In this document: one piece after another, positions 1 through 9,886 of the stretch | Layout of the letters: each line of letters starts with the position of its first letter | Position numbering within the stretch: position 1 is the stretch's first letter | Source: Ascidiella aspersa | Lineage: Eukaryota | DNA: 64,000 bases | Direction: 5' to 3' | NCBI GenBank assembly: GCA_963924565.1 | Contig: OZ004613.1 | Span: forward strand, 10,602,001-10,666,000 | Position numbers and translations under genes: made by a program | The notes under the pieces: generated by a model | What the model was told of the DNA's origin: nothing | Database searches by the model: none | Seen by the model: the letters and a program-made list of their open reading frames with translations, nothing else

Positions 1-120
1 GTAAAGAGATTCTATGTAAGTGAAGCATTACTTCGATTCTGTGCTGAAAAAAGCAAACAACAACAAAAGTGCTATAACTCCTTAAAAAACAATTTAAAAG
101 GAGCACAAATGACAAAAAGT

Positions 121-2139
121 TTATCTGAAGTCCTCCGCACTGAACATTCCCTTTGCTCTTCTCAGTATAGAGTCCTGAAAACAAATGAAAAAAACATATG
201 ACATTCCAAGACAAGATATTTTCTTGGTCAATTTCATTTAGACAGTGTTCAGCAAGTTAGCTTCATTGGGGTTTTCTTAGCAAAGAGATAAAAGAAAATA
301 TCCTATATTATTGTGTGTTTATTTAAGATTTTATTTTATTTTTTTATTTTTATTTTTTGAGTCCAAAGAGAAAAAGTAATTAACTCAATGACAGTAACCA
401 CTCTCCTGCTTAACCTGTGTTAACTGTTTTTTTTTCACACAAAACAAACACACTGCTAAAAAGGGGTAGTTTGTGTTGAGAAGGTCACATTCAACACTTA
501 TAAACTTAACTTCACTGTTTTCGTTACCCAGCAGAATAGTTGTGCTAGTCAATTGGCCTACAGGACTAGTAGGTCCTAGTAGGTCACCACCTATCTCTTT
601 AAGCATCAAATATCATATTTTATAGTAGTATTATGTACACTATTTTTAGCATTATATTCTTGTTGTTGATATACCAAAAATTTACATGATTGTTACCTTA
701 GAAGGGTCATATGGAGCATCCTTGGAGGGAATTTCCAGGATAGAAGGAATGGGATCAACATGCAGATCAATCACATGCCTCACAACATCCGCAATCGACT
801 GACTGATCAGAATAATAGCAATGTCTTGTCGATTCAAAAAAGCCCTGAAAAATAACAATTAGTTGTTCAGAAATTGCTATAAGTAAGTAGACCTCTATCC
901 CTATGAACGCAAGAGCAGTATATTAATGCCTTTATTTTTCCATCTATCAATATTATATAGTGGAAACGTACTACCATTACATCCAATTGAAAGCATAAAT
1001 TAGAAACTGGCCTTATTACACTTAATTGGACAAACAGCTTAAATGATTACTGCAATTGTTAGTAAAACCTAGAGATTATTTTATTTTATGTATTCCTTCT
1101 TTCTATAACATGATGAAGATCACTACTCGAAACAATGCTTTCTAATTGCTGAAATTCAATGCGTTTTATATCAGGTATTTTATTATATGTTATAACATGA
1201 TGCATAACATTTTTGGTGTAATATAACAAGACATAATTGCATGCTTTACAATCCTATATAGATGATTTGCAAGGTGAGGCATTTAAAATGTTGTTATTGG
1301 TATTTTTTATCTTATTTGGGTTGTATTTGGTTTAATTAAAACTGTATGATACGGAATAAAATACCACACTAAAATGCAGTTAAGGCTGCATGTGAGTCCA
1401 TATTATTACACTTGTCTGCTTGTTATGTATATTGACCAAATAATTAAACGTTCAACACTAGCATGGTTGACTAAGCAGGTCATTAGCAAGTAATAAAAAT
1501 GGATACAGTACAATGTCTTTGGTTCTAAAGATATTCTCCTTTTTGTGGAAAACAACCATATGACACCTATTTTATAAATCTGGCACTTTAAATATTTTAC
1601 AATCAACCAGACTAACTTTAAGGACAATTAATAAACTACAATGCCAATGATGCAGATCATGTAAATCATGGGAGGCCTACCTTTGACTCCTATAAAAAAA
1701 TTATTGTATATATTCTATAGTTCCCATCATTACATTTCATAAGCTTTGCCAGCATTATTTTATTGATTTTTTAATAATATTTGATGGATAACAATATGTG
1801 TTTATATATCTATTTACAAAACAACTTCTATTTATATTAATTTCAGAACATTTTTTAAAATTTTGCATGTTAACATGTACTGAAAGCAGTAACTCACAAC
1901 TGAACTTGATCAAAATCGCACAACGTTGCATTGTATTCCTTTTTAAATGTTATTTTGAAGATGTAGAAATATGCTTACTTTAATTGTTCCTCGATGTCCG
2001 ACGTTGCGGTCTCTTTGTCCACAACCATGAAGTTTGGTTGACGTTTCTTGTTCATTTCACCTATACCTCCCAACAAAAATCCCGTGCAGGTATCTTCGTC
2101 AGCGATTACCGCCAGAAGCTTTCCCCGTTGAGCAGCCAT
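121..2139 (-). CDS. ATP6V1F: V-type proton ATPase subunit F, 3 coding exons (2139-1979, 844-697, 174-121), 120 aa
   Basis: Manual splice translation: [120 protein letters not shown]. This matches the V-ATPase F family ([37 protein letters not shown]). GT-AG introns with consistent phases. Confidence 0.96.
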
Positions 2140-2650
2140 GATAAGTTATTGGCAAGTAAACAACGAATGCCACTAAAATTTGTGAAAAGTAGAAGATTAT
2201 TTGAAACTTCTTAAAAGTTGGTCGATTTATTTTTGGTCACGCCTGGTTGATTTCATTGACAATCACGGGACCGCCGATCAGCTGTTTATTTCCACAATGA
2301 TCAAAAATATATTCATGATTAAACCTATATATATTTAAAGTTAAAAATTAGATCGATTTAATATTTAATTATTTTGATGACAGTAATTTTTTTGTTGAAA
2401 TTCCCGAAATTAAAAACCTATAGGAAAATCATTTTCATTTTTGTACTTATTAAGCGTTTAATAACTAAATATTAAATTGTTGAAGCTATTAAAAATATTT
2501 AAGCATACTTTTTGTTTAATATCTAATAATAAACAAAATAGTGTTTTTTTTTACTTTTGTCCCCATTAAAATAAAATTGGCAACCAACGATTGCACCACT
2601 TTATGCTACGTCATTTAATCCGGGTTCTTCTGACAAATACTCTTAGTCAT
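2140..2650. promoter_or_regulatory. Short divergent (bidirectional) promoter region shared by ATP6V1F and RPL10
   Basis: Only ~510 bp separate the ATP6V1F ATG from the RPL10 pyrimidine-rich start. Contains an E-box ATCAGCTGTT (~2277-2286) and a CRE-like ACGTCATTTAAT (2608-2619). Confidence 0.6.
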
Positions 2651-2667
2651 CCTTTTCTACACAGCAG
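2651..2667 (+). promoter_or_regulatory. RPL10: RPL10 TCT initiator / 5'TOP non-coding exon 1
   Basis: CCTTTTCT pyrimidine start followed by a CAG|GTGAG donor at 2668. The matching acceptor TTTCAG ends at 2785, 5 nt before the ATG. Typical ribosomal-protein gene layout; the exact TSS is inferred. Confidence 0.7.
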
Positions 2668-2790
2668 GTGAGGAGTGTGCTGAAATATTTTTTATGAATA
2701 ATAATCTGTTAAAATCGGTTCGTAGTCTCCGAGTTCTGCACAGTTTTATCGCATTATAAAAACAGAACCTGCATTTGTGTTTCAGGCATC

Positions 2791-5700
2791 ATGGGGCGTC
2801 GACCTGCTCGTTGGTAAGTGATGTTATTGATTGATGTTGGGTTTTGTTTAATGTTATCAGCACCGTGATGAAACAATTGTGCTCTGTTTTACAATTGATG
2901 ATAAAACTCTCTCTTTCTGAGTGCTGATATTTTCTTACAACTATATATTATATCTTGGTATATCGAATGGTCGCTGGTCTAAAATCCTACCACAATTATT
3001 AAATCAACGCACAATATTTGGGTTAGGGTGCTGGTTAGCGTTAAGTGTGAGTCAAGTATTATTATATTCATTATTTAATAATAATACTTAACCCACTCTA
3101 AACCAAATAATTTGCGTTGTGGCAGGATTCTAGACCAGCGCCAAAATCCTACCCTTTTATTACAGTAATGAACAAGTTGTCAAGCTTAAAATGCTTGGAT
3201 GATATAAATATGGGAGAATAAAGATAATATTAATACTTGACACAAATGCTAACTCTCACCCTAACCCAAATGTAAGCAATTAACCTTTGGTATCCTGTTG
3301 AACCCATGTGTTATTCTGCAAGCTGAAAAATAATTTTATGCACACCAGTGCTTGGACTTGTTTCCTAGGACAGCGTTGAAATAATTGTTAAATTAACAAA
3401 CAATATTTGGGTTAGGGTGCTGGTTAGCAAGGTGGAAAAGTATTATTATATTTGTTCTGTTTACAATTTCAATTTGGACTAGTTTTGTTACTCCACCTAA
3501 CAAGTGGATCTTACAACAGCGCTAATAATATAAATTTGAATACCTTATCAAGCATAAAACATTAACTGTGTTCAGACACATATATGTGTTTATATGTAAA
3601 CCTGAATATCACATGATTCTTATATAAACAATTCATCGCCTATCTTTAGCTATAGATATTGCAAGAACAAGCCTTATCCCAAGTCTCGGTTCTGTCGTGG
3701 TGTACCCGACCCGAAGATCCGCATCTATGACTTGGGTCGAAAGAGGGCCGATGTAACAGAATTTCCGCTATGCATTCATATGGTGTCCGACGAATTGGAA
3801 CAACTGAGTGCGGAGGCTTTGGAGGCCGCTAGGATTTGCGCCAACAAGTGAGAACTTTTTGGAAGCCATGTCTAACTTACACAACAAATTACCTTGTTCT
3901 TTTTAGTATTCTAATGTTGTAGTAAACTAGGACATGAAGGCCTTTTGTTTACATAATTCCCATCCTTTTAAACTGCCATTTTGTACACACTGTAGAGTTA
4001 AGATGTAGTTTGTCTATAATTTTACCAGTAACACCATTACCACAATGTTTTACAATCTTTCTGGTGTTTACCAATAAATTTGTGCCTTAAAATCATTAAA
4101 AAAAAGTTTTTCAAAAAACCAAATATCTTTAGATTACAAAACAGTAATTTTGTCAGTTTATTATTAATTAATGAACTTTTTTTTTAATTTGACTGTTTAA
4201 GTAGGAATTTAACATGTCAAGATTTAAAATTGGTGCTAAATAACTACCTGTTTATCCAATATATTCTAAATACTTAAGAAATATAATTTTTATAGATACA
4301 TGACCAAATTCTGCGGAAAGGATGCATTTCACTTGAGGGTTAGAGTTCATCCTTTCCATGTTGTCAGAATCAATAAAATGTTGTCGTGTGCTGGAGCCGA
4401 TAGGTAAAGTAATTAAGTTTGCATTTTTATTTTCAATAAAACCTTATGCCTTTTTATCAATAGCAATTAATTGTATCTGTTTTGGCAGCCATGATGATGA
4501 TATTTTCATGTCTCTTCTCTGAACATTAACAAATGAAAAGAAAATATAGAAAAACACTGAATGGCTGATAAAACAATCAGGGTTACCACAAAGCACTTAA
4601 ATTAATTTGCTTATTGAGAAATTTTTAAAAAACACTTAAATTGAGTTTACTTTAGGTCTAGGTTAATTTATGTGATTTGAAATTGGCATTGTTAACCATT
4701 GCATTTAAATTGTCTTGTTTTTAATCTAATTTTAGGACTCTTAACACCTATAATTTTTTATTGACAAGTCTTGAAATTTTATTCATAGAAGGGTGTGGCA
4801 AACTTGGGAGATTAGACCCAACTTTAACCTAGGTATTCAGCTAGGTAATTGATTTCCAATTAACATTTTGTCTACATGGTACATTTTAGGCTCCAGACTG
4901 GTATGCGAGGTGCTTTTGGCAAACCACAGGGTTTGGTCGCTCGTGTTAAGATTGGCCAGCCAATCATGTCCATCAGATGCAAAGATGGAAACAAAAGCCG
5001 AGCTTACGAAGCACTCCGACGTGCCAAGTTCAAGTACCCTGGCAGACAAAAGGTAAATACATTAGGGTCCTACTAAAAATACACTGTTGAGGTGCTTTTA
5101 GGTTGTTTAATTAAATAAATTGTAATATTTGAATTGTTAAGTGCAACTGTGCAAATCTTGGGAGATTTTGCAGAACTGATTTTAAGACATGATTACTCAG
5201 ATAAATATGTTCAGGAGTTATTATGTGTTTAAATTAACTGTAGTAAATGTATTTGGTAACTTAGCAACACTTTTGTTTTTTTCTGTTTTCTGATTAACTA
5301 AAGTTAGTTGTTTGGATTAATTGCGCTCTGTAGCACTGTGTTTCAGTGGTTCTTGCATCGAAAGAGAAATGTTGTTTTAACGATCTGCAGCTCAATCTGT
5401 TTATTTTGCCTACAAACTTCCCATTATTAGTCAATGTAATAACAATAAGTATTGTAATGGTGTGACATTCAAAACATATATATAGCTAAGTAATGTTAAT
5501 GTGGTATTGAGGAAGAAATGCTGTTATTTAATTTTGCCTGTGAATCATATTGTATGACTGCGTTTAACATAGTGGTAAATGGCTTGTTTATCTTCACTTG
5601 TAGGCTACCCATTATATAAATACTTGTGCGCAATATATAACATTTTGATAGATCCACAGAAGAGGAATAATAAAGCACACACGTTTTCAACCTAAATATA

Positions 5701-6062
5701 CAACGTGAGCTTTTTGTGCTATGGTTGCCTTTTGTGGACGCTTGTTTTTAAAACTAGTTATGAAATATGATGATTTGTTCATGTCTCTTCTCTGAAAACA
5801 AACCATGACAAGAGAACAACGAAACGATCTGATTACAACCACAAGAGCAAAGAGGGCAATTGATTTCTAGTAGCATAAGGTGTTTTATTTTAGTTTCTTT
5901 AAATTCGAACAGATCTACGAGTCGCAGAAGTGGGGATTCACCAAGTGGAACCGCGAGGACTACCAGTCAATGTTGGCCGAAGGTCTTCTTATCCCGGACG
6001 GCGTCACCTGTCAGTACAAGCCCGACAAGGGCCCACTGCAAGCGTGGAAGAACCGCCAGTAG
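2791..6062 (+). CDS. RPL10: 60S ribosomal protein L10 (uL16/QM), coding exons 2791-2813, 3650-3847, 4296-4403, 4890-5052, 5913-6062, 213 aa
   Basis: Spliced translation: [39 protein letters not shown]...[62 protein letters not shown]...[23 protein letters not shown]...[11 protein letters not shown]. All introns GT-AG and in phase. Confidence 0.98.
2855..2929 (+). ncRNA. Intronic box C/D snoRNA with SNORD26(U26)-like guide
   Basis: 9-bp terminal stem TATCAGCAC/GTGCTGATA, box C GTGATGA 2865-2871, C' TTGATGA 2895-2901, box D CTGA 2917-2920. The guide AACTCTCTCTT before box D is complementary to the conserved 28S segment AAGAGAGAGUU. Confidence 0.85.
2972..3140. mobile_element. Fold-back MITE-like element in RPL10 intron
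   Basis: 24-bp terminal inverted repeat CGCTGGTCTAAAATCCTACCACAA / TTGTGGCAGGATTCTAGACCAGCG (2 mismatches), with further internal symmetry (TTTGGGTTAGGGTG..AAGTATTATTA / TAATAATACTTAACCCACTCTAAACCAAA). Confidence 0.6.
4486..4567 (+). ncRNA. Intronic box C/D snoRNA, SNORD111-like (copy A)
   Basis: Terminal stem CAGCCAT/ATGGCTG, box C ATGATGA 4494-4500, guide TTTCATGTCTCTTCT + D' CTGA 4519-4522, box D CTGA 4557-4560. The guide is complementary to 28S GAAGAGACAUGA. Confidence 0.88.
5762..5837 (+). ncRNA. Intronic box C/D snoRNA, SNORD111-like (copy B)
   Basis: Box C ATGATGA 5767-5773, the same guide TTCATGTCTCTTCT + D' CTGA 5792-5795, box D CTGA 5829-5832, ~80 nt upstream of the 3' splice site. 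The terminal stem is weak, so the ends are approximate. Confidence 0.82.
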
Positions 6063-6086
6063 AGCCACAACCCCGATTGGAAAATC

Positions 6087-6092
6087 AATAAA
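6087..6092 (+). terminator. RPL10 polyadenylation signal
   Basis: AATAAA 25 nt after the stop codon, followed by GT-rich downstream sequence. Confidence 0.75.
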
Positions 6093-6585
6093 TAGAAAAA
6101 AATCCCTTTGTACCGTGTGGTCTTGATTGTGTAAGTAGGGCCATGAGAAGTTCCCCCTTTTGTATTACCCCCTTTTATATAACAGTCCTGTAACCACTTG
6201 ACCCATGACTAGGATGCGCTAAATATTTTCGCCTTTCATAACAACAGTTGTCTCAGAAGTAAGTCGGTACTCTACGTAGATCCAATGTAGAGATGGTGAG
6301 GCGCATTTTTCTTCAAAATATGCCCGGCTGCATAATAATTATTATCCTCTTTCTTCCAACTTTACATCGCTGAATTTTTTAAGCTGGGCTACGCCAGCTC
6401 GTCTGCTCTAACATTTTTTTAACGGTACCCTTCTAATATGTAAAAGAATCCGTTAAATCTACTACGTTTTGAAAAAATTGTTGAAGAAAGTCCGGATGGG
6501 TACGTAGGATATATTGCAGTGCATTTGGTTAAGACTGGGTCATTTCAAAATAACTTGGAAATACTACGTAGCTGATCTATTCTAA

Positions 6586-7278
6586 CGCATTGACCTATAT
6601 CCATCGGGCGTGCGCGCAAAGCTCGGCAACAGGGGACGTGTCGTTATTTTGCAGAATGTAAACACATTTCAAACTGCCTTCAAAAATGTGCGCACATTTT
6701 AAAATGCCTTCAAAATTGGCGTACATGTTTAAATTAGAGTAAGTTTTTTTAGAGTTAGTAACTCTTAACCTAAAAATGTGCGCAAATTTTGAAGGCATTT
6801 TAATAGTGCGCAACTTGGAAAAAAAGCGCGCAGATTTTGGAAGGCTGTTTAAAATGGGCGAACATTGTGAAAAAAGTGCGCACATTTTTGAAGGCAGTTC
6901 AAAATGTGCGCACATATTTTAAGGCAGTTCATAATGTGCGCACATTGTTAAAAAAAGTACGCACATTTTGGAAGACAGTTTAAAATGTGCGCACATTGTT
7001 AAAAAAGTGAGCACATTTTTAAAGACATTTTAAAATGTGCACACATTTTTTGCATATTTTGGCGTGCACATTTTTTCGCACATTGTGCAAAATATGTTCG
7101 CATCCCCGCCTCGATCTCGGTGGAGCCTGAGATGTACAGGTTGTCCAAGGAGGAACGAACCGGGCCAGGCCCGTAAGGGAGCAGCCAAAAAATTCCCACG
7201 TCAATCAGTAGCGGGATAGCGCCTGTGAATAGGCAAGGTGTCGTAGCCCATTCAATACAGCAGGACCCAATTCTTTTT
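6586..7278 (+). pseudogene. Disrupted 7SL RNA relic (copy 0): 5' Alu domain missing, S domain split by an insertion
   Basis: 6586-6631 (CGCATTGACCTATATCCATCGGGCGTGCGCGCAAAGCTCGGC..) is a diverged match to the middle of the array 7SL. Homology resumes at 7113 (GATCTCGGTGGAGCCTGAG) and runs to the T5 terminator. Confidence 0.88.
6632..7107. mobile_element. Non-autonomous TIR element (MITE) with internal AATGTGCGCACATT subrepeats, inserted in 7SL copy 0
   Basis: Imperfect 28-bp TIRs: GGGGACGTGTCGTTATTTTGCAGAATGT vs reverse complement of the right end GGGGATGCGAACATATTTTGCACAATGT. The interior is many degenerate copies of palindromic AAAATGTGCGCACATTTT(GAAGGCA). No clean target-site duplication seen. 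Confidence 0.7.
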
Positions 7279-8230
7279 CAACTAATGTTTTACTGCATCA
7301 CTTCGAAATGTTTACACATTGATTATTTTTTTATGTCTTTAAGTCCGTCAGCCGTGTTGGTTTTAGTTAGTGCATTGAGTGTAAATTCCTTTTATTTTTC
7401 AAACAAAACAGAACAAAAACATTGATATTTTATCCACAATGATACCACTTTTTAGTTAGTTCATTATATACCGAATACATTCTGTTGTATTTGTTCAAGA
7501 TAAAATTAGAATGATATTTCGTTATTCTTCTATCTCACTGCAAACAGCTTGGTATCCATGACTGGATATCTTATCAAAAGGATCAATTGCCTTTGGTTAC
7601 TCACTTTAGATCAAGGAGGAATTCGTGTGAATTGCTTTGGTTCACTTTGCGTTGCAACTACTCACTAAAGATAAAACAATAATCAATCTGGCGAAGATTG
7701 AGTGTGTTGTTACGATGAGGCAGAAATAATTTCAAACGAGCATTATGTAAATCACGAGATATAACAGAGATGGTTCACGACAAAGATTTTTCCTCACACC
7801 TAACCATCGTCGATATATCAAAATGTAAGTTGGACAACGACAAACCACTTTTGGAAGACATTTTATAATGTATTATTTCTTAAGCTGTCGTTTTCAATTA
7901 AAATTGATAACTGTTTTAGAGACTGGTGAAAGTATATAATATACATTATGTGTTGCACCAAATTTTGGTGAGATTTTAATATTCGCAAATGCACCGATCC
8001 ACTCGGAATTTTGTATGCAGTTTTTCTCTTACCTGAAAAAAATATTTTTTCCTTGTCCGAAAGCTTCTTCCGATTAGTAGAACACGTGTGTGTTACAATT
8101 CACTAGATAATGAAGTGTCTAACAACTAATTACACCAATCAATTGTTTTAATTCGTGTTTACCATTAGTTGTTGATTTGTACAGCCAGTTCCGTAGCTTG
8201 AAAGTATACGTTGATCAGTCGGCTCATCTA

Positions 8231-8246
8231 ATGACGTCATTTAATA
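8231..8246 (+). promoter_or_regulatory. Upstream CRE/ATF palindrome + TATA-like element of 7SL gene (present in every unit, about -68 to -53)
   Basis: ATGACGTCAT TTAATA. An upstream ATF/CRE site is an established feature of human 7SL promoters. Copies 5, 6, 14 and 26 carry TAACGTCA instead. Confidence 0.7.
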
Positions 8247-8298
8247 GGGCTGCGCGTCTGCGGCCACATTGATAGGCCCAATTTCGACTCGCTTTTTC

Positions 8299-8600
8299 GC
8301 CGGGCTCGTGGGTGTGGGCCTCTAATCCGAACGACTTCGGAGGCTAGAGTTGGAGGACGGCTTGAGAATGGGAGTTCTGCGGCGCATTGACCTATGTCGA
8401 TCGGGCGTCCGCGCTAAGCTCGGCGTCAATATGGAGATCTCGGGGGAGTCTGAGATGTCCAGGTTGTCCGAGGAGGAACGAACCGGGTCAGGCCCGTATG
8501 GGAGCAGCCAAAAGTTCCCACGTCGTTCAGTAGCGGGATAGCGCCTGTGAATAGGCAAGGTGTCGTAGCCCATTCAATACAGCAGGACCCAATTCTTTTT
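8299..8600 (+). ncRNA. RN7SL: 7SL/SRP RNA copy 1 (divergent, possibly defective)
   Basis: Full-length, colinear with metazoan 7SL, but the Alu UGU motif is UCU, the helix-8 loop is GUAU, and there are other private changes. Confidence 0.8.
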
Positions 8601-9629
8601 CAACGAATGTTTTACTGCATCACTTCAAAATGTTTATGCACATTGATAATATTTTTATGTCTTCAAGTCCGTCAGCCGTGTTGGTTTCAATTAGTAGGCT
8701 ACATTGAGTGTAAATTCCTTTTATTTTTCCAACAAATCAAAACAAAAACATTGACATTTTATCCACAATGATACCCCTTTTAGTTAGTTCATTATAAACT
8801 GAATAAATTCTGTTTTTTTTGTTAAAGATAAAACTAGAGTGATATTTCGTTATTCTTCTATCTTACTACAAACAGCTTGGTATCCAAGACTGGCTATCTT
8901 ATCAAAAGGATCAATTGCCTTTGGTTACATACTTTAGATTAAGTAGGAATTCGTGTGATTAGCTTTGGTTCACTTTGCAATGAAACTACTCTCAAAAGAT
9001 AAAACAATAATCAATCTGGCGAAGATTGAGTGTGTTATTACGATAAAGAAGAAATAATTTCAAACGAGCATTATGTAAATCACGAGATACAACAGAGATG
9101 GTTCACGACAAAGTTTTTTTCCTCACACGTAACCATCGTCGATATATCAAAATGTAAGTTGGACAACGACAAACTACTTTTGGAAGACATTTTATAATGT
9201 ATTATTTCTTAAGCTGTCGTTTTCAATTAAAATTGATAACTCTTTTAGAGACTGGTGAAAGTATATAATATACATTATGTGTTGTACCAAATTTTGGTGT
9301 GATTTTATTATTCGTAAATGCACCGATCCACTCGGAAATATGTATGCAGTTTTTCTATTACCTGAAAAAATTATTTTTTCCTTGCCCGAGTGCTTAACTT
9401 CTGATTAGTAGAACACGTGTGTGTTGCAATTCACGAGATAATGAAGTGTCTAATAACTAATTACACCAATCAATTGTTTTAATTCGTTTTTACCATTAGT
9501 TGTTGATTTGTACAGCCAGTTCGGTAGCTTGAAAGTATACGTTGATCAGTCGGCTCATCTAATGACGTCATTTAATAGGGCTGCGCGTCTGCGGCCACAT
9601 TGATAGGCCCAATTTCGACTCGCTTTTTC

Positions 9630-9886
9630 GCCGGGCTTGTTGGTGTGGGCCTGTAATCCGAACGACTTCGGAGGCTAGAGTTGGAGGACGGCTTGAGAAT
9701 GGGAGTTCTGCGGCGCATTGACCTATGTCGATCTGGCGTCCGCGCTAAGCTCGGCGTCAATATGGAGATCTCGGGGGAGCCTGAGATGTCCAGGTTGTCC
9801 AAGGAGGAACGAACCGGGCCAGGCCCGTAAGGGAGCAGCCAAAAGTTCCCACGTCGTTCAGTAGCGGGATAGCGCCTGTGAATAGG
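9630..9886 (+). pseudogene. 7SL copy 2, 3'-deleted (43 nt including most of the terminator)
   Basis: GAATAGG joins directly to TTCAACGAATG. The 3' strand of helix 5 and the T5 run are lost. Confidence 0.85.

Noticed and set aside
1109-1152. ATGATGA...CTGA box C/D-like pair in the ATP6V1F intron
   Set aside because: It is on the strand opposite the host transcript, is too short, and has no terminal stem or recognisable guide.
385-2214. Short ORFs at 385-609, 1406-1627, 1798-1983 and 1984-2214
   Set aside because: Intronic or antisense to ATP6V1F exon 1; no family resemblance.
2234-2272. CLEAR/TFEB elements upstream of ATP6V1F (GTCACGCC, ATCACGGG)
   Set aside because: Half-sites only; no full CACGTG or CACATG core.
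5320-5418. Possible H/ACA snoRNA (SNORA70 equivalent) in RPL10 intron 5
   Set aside because: An AGAGAA and an ACA are present, but the second hairpin is unconvincing and there is no resemblance to SNORA70.
6130-6585. Several TACGTAG-like motifs between RPL10 and the 7SL relic as a transposon remnant
   Set aside because: No definable termini or periodicity; cannot be supported without a search.
6595-7219. ORFs of 60-106 aa rich in CAH/KMC motifs
   Set aside because: Translations of the AATGTGCGCACATT subrepeats of the MITE.
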